A DNA stretch of 64,000 bases. Source: an uncultured Chloroflexia bacterium (GTDB lineage: Bacteria > Chloroflexota > Limnocylindria > Limnocylindrales > CSP1-4). Position 1 is the first letter of the stretch. Each line of letters begins with the position of its first letter. A program made the position numbers and the translations under genes. The stretch is taken from NCBI GenBank assembly GCA_963833225.1, contig CAWHXD010000014.1:1-64000 (forward strand), written 5' to 3'. Positions 19,861-28,872 of this stretch are shown here, piece by piece. A model generated the notes under the pieces. That model was not told the DNA's origin. It saw only the letters and a program-made list of their open reading frames with translations, and did no database searches.

Positions 19861-20994
19861 TCAATCGCCGGCGATCGGCGCCGTGAACGTGTCGGGTTCG
19901 GGTTCGCTGCCAGGCGGCGGCTCGATCCGGTTCCGGAGCAGGGCCGCGACGGGCGCCGACGCGGGGAAGGCCTCCATGATCGCCACCAGGCCGACCGTGA
20001 GCGGCACTGCCAGCAGCGCGCCGGCCGCGCCCAGGATCCAGGCCCAGACGACGACGGCGATGAACACCACGAGCGGCGTCAGGTTCAGCTCGGAGCCCAT
20101 CACGATCGGCTGCAGGAAGTGGTCCTGGGCGAAGTTGATGATCGTGTAGGCGATCACGACGATGACCGCCGTCGTCAGGCCACCATCGAGCAACGCCAGG
20201 AGGGTCGTGGGCACCAGCGCGATGATGGTGCCGATGTTCGGGATGAAGCTCGCCGCGAACACCAGGAACGCCCACAGAGCCGGCAACGGGACCCCGAGGA
20301 TCACCAGGACCACGAAGATCGCGACTCCCGCGAACAGGCCGAGCATGGCCCGCACCACCAGGTAGCGGCGCAGGTCGGTCCCGAAGCGCTCCACGCCGGT
20401 CATGAGCGCGTGGCGGTCGCCGAAGGCCTGGCGTGCCCGATCCTGGAGCGAGCTGGCCCCCGCGAGGGCGTAGAGCATGGTGACGACCAGGACGAAGATC
20501 CCGATGCCGGCGCTCGAGACCGTCGATGCGAACGATCGAGCGAGGCCGGCCAGGGTCCCGGGCGAGACCAGCGCCAGCAGGGCATCGAGGTTGGTGTTGA
20601 CCCCGAATCCCTCGAGGAGATCGCGGATCGCGGCCACAAGGACCGCCAGGCGATCCTGGTACTTGGGCACCTCGATCACGAGCTGGGCCACGGACAGGGC
20701 AATGACGCCGAACGCTGCGAGCACGATCGCGATGATCAGGACGATCGCGACCACGAGCGCGATGACGTGTCCGACGCCGCGCCGTTCGAGGGCGCCAACG
20801 AGCGGCCAGGCCACCAGGGCGAGGAACATCCCGAACAGGACGGGCACCACGAGCGAGGCGACCTCGCGCAGCAGGAGCGCCGCGACGAGGACGAGCACGA
20901 GGGCAGCGATGGCGGTCAGCGGGCCGGGTGGCAGGACCAGCCGCTGCCCAGGGAGCGGGTCCTGCTGCGGGCCCTGCCGCGCGGGTTCTGACAT
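19861..20994 (-). CDS. AI-2E family transporter
   Basis: Multiple TM segments, FIPNIG, LQPIVMG..LNLTP, GALLAVP. Confidence 0.9.
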   Translation of the reverse strand: MSEPARQGPQQDPLPGQRLVLPPGPLTAIAALVLVLVAALLLREVASLVVPVLFGMFLALVAWPLVGALERRGVGHVIALVVAIVLIIAIVLAAFGVIALSVAQLVIEVPKYQDRLAVLVAAIRDLLEGFGVNTNLDALLALVSPGTLAGLARSFASTVSSAGIGIFVLVVTMLYALAGASSLQDRARQAFGDRHALMTGVERFGTDLRRYLVVRAMLGLFAGVAIFVVLVILGVPLPALWAFLVFAASFIPNIGTIIALVPTTLLALLDGGLTTAVIVVIAYTIINFAQDHFLQPIVMGSELNLTPLVVFIAVVVWAWILGAAGALLAVPLTVGLVAIMEAFPASAPVAALLRNRIEPPPGSEPEPDTFTAPIAGD

Positions 20995-21071
20995 GGTTGC
21001 AGTATCCATCCTCGGCGGGTCCGTCCGGTGGCGGCATCGGATGGCCCCTGCTATGATCCGCCACCGGCCGA

Positions 21072-21148
21072 GGACCCGTGGTGTAGCGGCCCAACATGCC
21101 AGCCTGTCACGCTGGAGATCGCCGGTTCGAATCCGGTCGGGTCCGCCA
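21072..21148 (+). tRNA. tRNA-Asp(GTC)
   Basis: GGACCCGTGGTGTAGCGGCCCAACATGCCAGCCTGTCACGCTGGAGATCGCCGGTTCGAATCCGGTCGGGTCCGCCA; TATGAT -10 box upstream. Confidence 0.97.
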
Positions 21149-21165
21149 TCAATCCGTTTCCCCGT

Positions 21166-21202
21166 ACGCCCCGTCCGCCCGCCCGGACGGGGCGTTTCCC
21201 TG
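21166..21202 (+). terminator. Terminator after tRNA-Asp
   Basis: ACGCCCCGTCCG-loop-CGGACGGGGCGT followed by TTCCCT. Confidence 0.7.
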
Positions 21203-21225
21203 TCCCGGGCATACAATCCCGCCCA

Positions 21226-23035
21226 GTGAGCGTCCGCGAGCCCGGCTACGACCCGCGCAACACCCACCCGCGGAGCGGGGCGCACCCTGCGGGGACGCCC
21301 CCGGCCCGCGGCGCTGGGGGAGGTCGCCCCGGTCTGCCCGGTCACGGCCTGGGATTCGGGGCGGACGTGGCTCGCACCCGCAGCCCGGCGGTAGCCGGTG
21401 GGATCGCGGTCATCGCCATCGTCCTGCTCATCGGCCTGGGGTTCGGCAGCGGCGTGCTCGGCGGCCTGGGGTCGTCCGGAGCCGTCGTCACCCCTGCTCC
21501 GTCCGGCGCCCCGAGCGCGACGGTGAGTGGTGTCGCCGCGAGCGCTGGCGCACCGGTGGCAGGGCTCGGCGAGTCGCCGTCGGCCGACCCGGCCACCCCC
21601 ACCGCGAGCCCATCGGCCGTCTTGGTCGAGACCGATGTCGCCATCGTCCCGGTGACCAGCTTCCGGTCCGCATCGACGGCCGCCCGGCCCGCTGACGTCC
21701 AGGCGATCGTGGCGGGCACGTCCGCCTACAAGCGACTGGTCCTGGTCGAGGCCGACGCGGACGCGATCCTGGCCTCACTGGGGCTGACGCGGCGAGACCT
21801 CGCCGGCCGGCTGGTCACGGTCGAGAGCGCCGACGCCCTCGCCCGGAACCTGGCCAGCAAGCGCAATCGCCTGGCGTTCCTGCGCGCCGACGAGGTGGGG
21901 CCCTCCGTCCGGGCGCTGGCCTGGGGCGGCAAGCAGCTGTTCGGCGTGGACCGGGTCAAGAGCCTCGCGAGCTGGCCGCTCACCGCGCGCCTGCTCGGGC
22001 CGGCGACCCCGGCCTACGACCCGTCTGGAGCGTGGACCCTCGTCGCGGGCGGCGACATCCTCCTCGACCGAGGCGTCAAGCAGGCGATCGACGCCGCACG
22101 GCGCCGACTATCCCGTTCGACGGCGGCACCGTGGAGATCACCGGGTTCTGCCGGGACTGCTCGCCGATGGGCTGGGACCTGCCGTACACGAAGCGGACGG
22201 GCAACGCGGGCATCGTGCGCGACCTGTTCTCCGGCGCGGATCTCTCGATCGCCAACTTCGAGAACCCCGCCCCGAACGTCCCGACCTGGCATGGCAGCGG
22301 CACGGTGTTCAACGCCGATCCGGACCTGATCTCGGGTCTCGTGGACGCCGGCCTCGACTGGGTGTCGCTGGCGAACAACCACATCGGCGACGCGGGCCGC
22401 AAGGGCATGCTCCAGACGATGCGCAACCTCGACAAGCGCGGCCTGGCGCACGGAGGGCTGGGCAAGAACCTCGAGGCCGCGCACGAGGCCACGCTGCTCA
22501 AGGCCGGCGACGTGACCGTCGGGATCCTGGGCTACGACATGATCGCGCCGTCGTACCACGCGGGCACGGACCTCGCGGGCAGCGCCGGGATGACCCGGAA
22601 GGCGCTCAAGGCCGACATCAAGGCGGCTCGCGCCGCCGGGGCGGACGTCGTGGTGGTGTTCCCGCACTGGGGGATCGAGTACCGCGCGGCACCCTCGGAC
22701 ACGCAGCGCCGGATGGCACACGCCGCGATCAACGCCGGCGCCGACCTCGTCATCGGCAACCACCCGCACTGGGCCGAGGGCATGGAGGTCTACAAGGGCA
22801 AGCCGATCTGGTACGCGCTGGGCAACTTCGTGTTCGACCAGACCTGGTCCGACTACACGATGGAGGGCCTGACCCTCGAGCTGACCTTCCGGGGCACGGA
22901 GCTGGCCAGGTCCGGATGCGGCCGCACCTGATCCTGGGCAAGGCCCAGGCGAACTTCATGGATCCCGCGGGGCTGGGCGGCAAGTTCGTGATGGACCAGG
23001 TCTGGGGGGCGTCCGAGGGGCTGCTGGCCTGGTAG
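21226..23035 (+). CDS. CapA/PGA_cap family metallophosphoesterase, membrane-anchored; indels near 22100 and 22910
   Basis: N-terminal TM, GGDI, ANFENP, SLANNH..D.G, FPHWG.EY, VIGNHPH, YALGNFVFDQ. Confidence 0.88.
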
Positions 23036-23514
23036 CGCCGGGGGGCTGCGGGCGCGCGCGGGCCGGGTGCGCGCCGCGGGGCGCCCGACGCCTCACCGGC
23101 GCGCCGCGGGCGCCCGGCGCCCCAACCGGCGCGCCGCGGCTCTCTCGGGCGTGAGCCGCCCTGTTTCGGGTACCGGACCCCGTGCTGCGTGACGTTCGGC
23201 GCGCCGGACGCCCGATCCGGCCCGCGCGCGGGCTCGTTCAAGCGTCGAGCCGCCGGGCCGTGGGGAGGAGCCAGACGCCCGTGCGAGCGCAAAGCTTCGG
23301 CGCGGGGAGGGGCCGGATAGGGCCCGCGCCGCGCTCGTTCGGGCGCACGACGCCTCAACGAGCGCACGACGGGAGGATCCGGGCGTGGGCCGCCCCGGAC
23401 CGGTTGCCGATCCCCTCCGCCGCGCAACGCTCGACGCGCCGCGAGCCCGGTCTGTCCCAGGAGCATCGTGGGGCTCCAAGGCCCGCGGGCGAGGGCTTGG
23501 GGAGGGGACTCTGG

Positions 23515-24544
23515 CTAGGGGGCTCCCGCCGACCCCGCGGGACCGCGTTTCCCGCCCCAGCCGTACCGCCCCGGTTCGAGCCCGTCGAGCCCCGCGAACA
23601 GGTCCGTCTCGCGCTCCGGCGCCGGGACCCGGGACTCGCGGCGCACAAACGCCTCGCGGAACCAGAACTCGCGCCACGCGTCGCGCCCGAACCGCACGAA
23701 CGGGTTCTGGTCGCTGATCTGGGTCGCGTGCGCCCGGAACGCCTCCCAGCGCCGGTCGAGGTGCTCGCTGACGTCCACCCACGCGGTCACGATCTCGTCG
23801 GGGACGAGCATCTTCGCCGCGTAGGCCTCGAACTCGGCGAGCTGCTCCGGGGTGGCGTCCTCGGGCGGGCTCCAGAACGAGCGCTCGCCGACTGCCTCCA
23901 GCCGCTCCTGCAGCGCCTTCCGGACCGACGCGGGGATCGCCTGCTCGTAGAGCTTGGCCGGGGACCAAGGCGCCAGACCGCCCTCGCCTTCGGGCGCGCC
24001 GGTCCCGCCATGCTCGGGGGCCAGCTGCTCCGGGTACCAGGCCGGGTCGCCCGCTCGCGCGAACGCGCCGACGGCCACGAGGTGTGCCCGGATGTGGTCG
24101 GGGTGGCCGTAGCCGCCGAAGTCGTTGTAGGTCGTCATGACGTCGGGCCGGTACGTCCGTACCAGGAACACGGTGCGTCCGATGGCCTCGTCGAGGTTCG
24201 CCTGCCAGAGGCACCGCGCGTCGCGGTTCCCCGACCGGCCCATCATGTCCGAGTCCCGGTAGCCCAGGTTCTCCCACTCGGTCACGCCGAGGGCGCCCAT
24301 CGCCCGCTCGAGCTCCACGGCTCGCAGCTCGCCCAGCCGCCGGTGGTTCTCGGGCGGTGTCCAGCTCGGGGATGACGATCTCGCCCATCTCGCCGCGGGT
24401 GCAGGTCACCAGGACCACGCGACGGCCGTCGGCGACGGCCTTGGCCATCGTGCCGCCGGTGCCGATGGTCTCGTCGTCGGGGTGCGCGTGCACCGTCATC
24501 AGGGTGGGGACGTGGGGAGCGGGCTGGGACGTCAGGTCGGTCAT
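23515..24544 (-). CDS. PIG-L family deacetylase (MshB/Mca-like); indel near 24355
   Basis: [38 protein letters not shown]. Confidence 0.9.
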
Positions 24545-24658
24545 GGGTTGCATCCTATCGCCGTTGCGGATCGAACCACCGGGGGCGGCCAGTCATGGGG
24601 CCGTCACGGATGGGCCGCACAGTGGCGCCGACACCACCAGACAGGGGATCTGCAACCG

Positions 24659-25361
24659 ATGACTCGAACGATGAACGCTCGCCTCGCCGCGCTTGGCCTG
24701 GCCTTGACGACGCTGCTGGCCGCGTGCTCGGGCGGTTCCGCCTCCTCGCCGACCCCGGCCGGTGCCCCAGCGGTGTCCGAAGCCCCCGCCATGTCCGGCG
24801 AGCCGATGATGAGCGATGACGCCGCGATGACCGAGCACCCGGCGATGTCGGACGAGCCGATGATGTCGGACGAGCCAGCGATGAGCGGAGAGCCGGCGAT
24901 GAGCGGCGAGCCGGCGTCCGGGATGCTGGACGCGCACGCATGGGCGACCGCCACGCTCACCGACGTCGCCACCGGCGAGCCGTTCACCATCGCGAGCCTG
25001 GCCGGGAAGCCGGTGTTCGTCGAGGCGATGGCCATCTGGTGCACCAACTGCCGTGCCCAGCAGGGCCGCTTCACCGAGGCGTTCGGGCGCATTCCGGCCG
25101 GGACGGCCGAGTACGTCGTGCTGACCATCGACCCGTCCGAGACGGCCGACGACCTCGCCGCAGTACAAGGCGGACCGCGGGTTCGCCGGCCGCTACGCCG
25201 TCGCCGGCAAGGCGCTCTCGAAGGCGCTCGAGGCGGAGTTCGGCTCCAACGTCCTCAACGCGCCCAGCGTCCCGCTCATCTTCATCTCGCCCTCGGGCGA
25301 GGTCACGTTCTCGACCGGGCCCGAGTCGGTCGACGAGATCGTGGCCAAGGCCGCCGGCTGA
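24659..25361 (+). CDS. Thioredoxin-fold (TlpA-like) lipoprotein with a Met-rich repeat linker; indel near 25160
   Basis: Lipobox LLAAC, EP(A/M)MS(G/D) repeats, GKPVFVEAMAIWCTNC. Confidence 0.82.
24781..24912 (+). repeat. Coding ~18-nt tandem repeat encoding EP(A/M)MS(G/D)
   Basis: gagccgatgatgtcggac / gagccagcgatgagcgga / gagccggcgatgagcggc and similar units. Confidence 0.8.
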
Positions 25362-26035
25362 TGGGGGAGCTGGTGGCGGTGTTCGCGGCCGGCCTCGCGT
25401 CGGCCGCCTCGCCCTGCCTGCTCCCGCTGTACCCGGGGTTCCTGGCCTACCTCTCGGCGAACGCCGGGTCCCTCTCCGGGCGCCGGGCGACCGGGTTCCT
25501 GGGCCTCCTCGTCCTGGCCGGGCTGCTCACGACGATGCTTCTGCTGGGGGCCATCCTCGTCGTCGTGTCCGTGCCCATCGGGCGCGTTGCGTCGCTGCTC
25601 GTCCCGATCGTGGACGGGCTGCTGCTCGCGCTCGGCGTCCTGCTGATCGCGGGTCGCAACCCGTTCAACCGGCTGCCCGGGATGCAGGTGCCGCTCGTGC
25701 GCAACCCGTACGGTCAGGCGTACGTGTACGGGATCATGCTGGGGCCGATCGCGCTGCCCTGTGCCGGCCCGTTCCTGGCCGCGCTGCTGGCCGTGTCCGT
25801 GGGGCTCGGCGACGCGGTGCTGCGGATGGGCACGTTCGTGGTGTTCGGCCTGGGGTTCGGGCTGCCGCTCGTGGTCCTGTCGTTGCTCGCCGGCGCTCGT
25901 CAGCGGTCGATCGTCCGCTGGGTCACCGCCCACCACCGCCCGATCGAGCTGATCAGCGGCGTGGTGCTGATCGCGGTGGCGCTCTGGGACCTGCGCGAGA
26001 ACTGGGACGGGATCCTGTTCACGCTGGGGCTCTAG
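25361..26035 (+). CDS. ccdA: CcdA/DsbD-family membrane electron transporter
   Basis: SPCLLPLYP and LPCAGPFL Cys motifs, six TM segments. Confidence 0.9.
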   Translation: MGELVAVFAAGLASAASPCLLPLYPGFLAYLSANAGSLSGRRATGFLGLLVLAGLLTTMLLLGAILVVVSVPIGRVASLLVPIVDGLLLALGVLLIAGRNPFNRLPGMQVPLVRNPYGQAYVYGIMLGPIALPCAGPFLAALLAVSVGLGDAVLRMGTFVVFGLGFGLPLVVLSLLAGARQRSIVRWVTAHHRPIELISGVVLIAVALWDLRENWDGILFTLGL

Positions 26036-26104
26036 GCCAACGGGTTCCCGGGCTTGCAGGCGCGGCGCGCGGCGCCGTCGCCCATGGGCGCTACCCTGCA
26101 CCGC

Positions 26105-26634
26105 ATGAGCGTCCCCCTCCGCACCCCGGCGATCGAAGCCCTCGAGGCCGCCGGCGTCCCGTTCCGCGTCGTCCAGACGGAGATCGCCCGCAGCGCCGAG
26201 GAGAGTGCCGGCGTTCCAGGGGATCCCGGTCGGCAGCCTGCTGCGCTCGATCCTCGTCCGCCGCGCGGCCGATGACTTCGTGTTCGTGCTCGTCCCGGGC
26301 GGCCGCCGGTTCAACTGGCCGGCCCTGCGTGCGCTGCTGGGCACGAACCGCCTGACCCTCCCGACCGAGGAGGAGGCCAAGGCCGAGACGGGCTACGTCC
26401 GCGGCGCGATCACGCCGTTCGGCGCCCGGCGGCCGTGGCCGGTGATCGCGGACGCGAGCATCGAGGGCCTAAAGACCGTGGCGATCGGTGGCGGCGCGCG
26501 CGGCGTGAACGTGCACCTCTCACCCGCCGATCTCGTCCGCGCGACGGACGCGCGGGTGGTCGACATCACGGTCCCGGAGCCCGTCCCGGGGCCCGCGGCG
26601 GAGCCCGCGCAGCAGCCGCCGCCCAACGCGCTGA
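26105..26634 (+). CDS. ybaK: YbaK/EbsC aminoacyl-tRNA deacylase family; indels, end approximate
   Basis: SAEESA, LLRSILV, TGYVRGAITPFG, AIGGGARG. Confidence 0.8.
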
Positions 26635-26655
26635 CGCGGGGCTACCATCGCTCGC

Positions 26656-27921
26656 GTGACCACCCCGCCGAACGCCACCCGACCCGCCGGTCCGCTCGCC
26701 GGCATCCGCGTCGCCGATTGCTCCACGATCCTCGCCGGCCCGTACTGCACGATGCTGCTCGCGGACCTCGGCGCGGACGTGGTCAAGGTGGAGCCGCCCG
26801 ATGGCGACGGGACCCGTGGCTGGGGTCCGCCCTGGGTGGGATCCGACGAGGACGGTACCCGCACGGCCGCCTACTACCAGGCGGTGAACCGGAACAAGCG
26901 CTCGATCCGTCTCGACCTCAAGCGCGAGGAGGGCCGCGAGGTCCTGCAACGACTCCTCCGCACGAGCGATGTCCTGGTGGAGAACTTCCGCGTGGGCGGG
27001 CTGGCCCGCCTGGGCTTCGACGACGAGGCCCTCGCGGTCCTCAACCCCGACCTCGTCCACCTCGCGGTGACCGGGTTCGGTCCCGACGGGCCGGACGCGG
27101 ACAAGCCGGGCTACGACTTCGTGGTCCAGGCGGTGGGCGGGCTGATGTCGATCACCGGGGCACCCGACGCCGACGGTGGCCACCCGACGAAGGTGGGCGT
27201 GGCGATCTCCGACGTGGTGACGGGGCTGTTCGGCGCGGTGTCGGTCCTCGCGGCGCTGGTGGGACGGCGGGCGGCCGACGGAACGGGGCCATCCGGGCCG
27301 CGGCCGGGCGGCCAGCGGATCGACGTGAGCCTCCTCGAGTCCACGCTGGCGATCCTGGTGAACCAGGCGCAGAACGCCTTCGTCACCGGCCGTGCGCCGG
27401 GCCGGCTCGGCAACGCGCACCCCAACATCGTCCCGTACGAGACGTTCGCCACCGCCGACGGCGAGATCGCGATCGCGGTCGCCAGCGAGCGCCAGTGGCC
27501 TCGCGCCTGCGCCGCGCTCGGGCTCGCGGCCCTCGCCAAGGATCCCCGCTTCGCCACCAACGGCGATCGCGTCGTGAACCGCGCCGAGCTCCACCGTGTG
27601 CTCGCCGCCCGCTTCCGGGAGCGGCCCACGCGCGACTGGCTGGCCGCCCTCGACGCGGCCGAGGTGCCCTGTGGCCCGATCAACGACATCGCGGCGGCGT
27701 TCGCCTCGCCGCAGGCCCAGGCTCGCTCGATGACCGTGGACGTGGAGCACCCGGTGCTGGGGACCGTCCGCCAGGTGGGTATCCCGTTCGCCCTTGCCGC
27801 CACGCCGGCCGCGATCCGCAGCGCACCGCCGCTGCTCGGCGAGCACACGGGCGAGATCCTCGCGGAGCTGGGCTACGACGGAACGGAGATCGCGGCGCTG
27901 GTGGCGCGCGGCGTGGTCTAG
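26656..27921 (+). CDS. CaiB/BaiF class III CoA transferase
   Basis: PLAGIRV, LADLGADVVKVEPP, NRNKRS, ENFR, GYD, APPLLGEHT. Confidence 0.95.
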   Translation: MTTPPNATRPAGPLAGIRVADCSTILAGPYCTMLLADLGADVVKVEPPDGDGTRGWGPPWVGSDEDGTRTAAYYQAVNRNKRSIRLDLKREEGREVLQRLLRTSDVLVENFRVGGLARLGFDDEALAVLNPDLVHLAVTGFGPDGPDADKPGYDFVVQAVGGLMSITGAPDADGGHPTKVGVAISDVVTGLFGAVSVLAALVGRRAADGTGPSGPRPGGQRIDVSLLESTLAILVNQAQNAFVTGRAPGRLGNAHPNIVPYETFATADGEIAIAVASERQWPRACAALGLAALAKDPRFATNGDRVVNRAELHRVLAARFRERPTRDWLAALDAAEVPCGPINDIAAAFASPQAQARSMTVDVEHPVLGTVRQVGIPFALAATPAAIRSAPPLLGEHTGEILAELGYDGTEIAALVARGVV

Positions 27922-28586
27922 CCCGTCGGGGCGGCGTCCCCAGCCGCGAACAGCCGGTCCTGTGTGTACTGGTAGTGCTCGCCCACGGCGCGCACGGCGG
28001 CGTCGGCGTCGCGCGCGGCAATGGCATCGGCGATCCGCCGATGGAGCTCCACCGGTGGCGTCCAGGCGAGCGAGGCGTGGGTGGCCAGCGCAGTCCGCAT
28101 CAGCAGCACCGTCTGTGAGGCGAGCCCTTCGAACAGCCCGAGGAGCCGCCCGTTCCCGCACATCAGGCAGTACGTGCGGTGGAAGGCCATGTCCGCCTCC
28201 CACGCCGCCGGGAGGTCGTCGCGCCGGTACGCCGTCTCCGCCTCGCCAAGGCGCTCGTACATGACGGCGATGTCGGCGTCGGTCGCCCGGGCGATCGTGA
28301 GCCGGACGGCCGCCTCCTCGATGGCGCGCCGCAGGACATAGACCTCGTCGAGGTCGTGCTCGGACAGGCTGGAGACGAAGGTTCCGCGTCGCGGCAGGTC
28401 CCGGGCCAGGCCCTGCCGGGCCAGCTCGTTGAGGGCGTCCCGGATGGGTCCGCGGGATACCCCGAACCGCTCGGCAAGGTCCGTCTCGAGGAGCCGCGAC
28501 CCGGCAGCCAGCCGCCCTTCGAGGATCTCGTCCCGGAGCTGGTCCGCGATCGACTCCCAGAGCTGCTTGTGTGCGAACACGGTCAT
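27918..28586 (-). CDS. GntR (FCD) family regulator
   Basis: LRDEILEGRL..G, LAERFGVSRGPIRDAL, D.AFH, H..I.DAI. Confidence 0.93.
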   Translation of the reverse strand: MTVFAHKQLWESIADQLRDEILEGRLAAGSRLLETDLAERFGVSRGPIRDALNELARQGLARDLPRRGTFVSSLSEHDLDEVYVLRRAIEEAAVRLTIARATDADIAVMYERLGEAETAYRRDDLPAAWEADMAFHRTYCLMCGNGRLLGLFEGLASQTVLLMRTALATHASLAWTPPVELHRRIADAIAARDADAAVRAVGEHYQYTQDRLFAAGDAAPTG

Positions 28587-28651
28587 CGCTGGCTCCCCTG
28601 GACCGCGCGGTCCTCCCGGCCCCTGCCAAGCATAGCGCCGCGGGCACCATG

Positions 28652-28684
28652 ACTGTTGACATGACGATTGTCAACAGTTAGCCT
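28652..28684 (+). promoter_or_regulatory. Sigma70 promoter overlapped by a perfect inverted repeat (likely GntR operator)
   Basis: ACTGTTGACA-N7-TGTCAACAGT; TTGACA-N17-TAGCCT. Confidence 0.75.
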
Positions 28685-28872
28685 CCGGCGATCGACCTCG
28701 TGCGCGAAAAGCGCCCCCACGCCACGAGACCGGTTGTGACCAATGGACCTGTGTTTCGTCACTCCGGCTCATCGGGAGCCGGCTGACGTCCGGGTAGGGT
28801 TCGACGCCAGCCCCATCCGCGCCCGCAAGCCCCCGGCGTCCCGTATCGCAGTTGCGACAGGAGCAGAGCTCG

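Noticed and set aside
21072-21148. tRNA-Asp as an integration site
   Set aside because: No adjacent integrase or duplicated 3' end is seen, and the flanks look like core genes.
24482-26035. Redoxin-CcdA fusion (517 aa)
   Set aside because: An indel near 25160 explains it. The redoxin C-terminus lies in another frame ending TGA 25361, coupled to the ccdA ATG.
26205-28118. 637-aa YbaK extension and other long alternative-frame or antisense ORFs across the window
   Set aside because: These are Arg/Pro/Gly-rich shadow frames of high-GC genes, or indel read-through, with no recognisable motifs.
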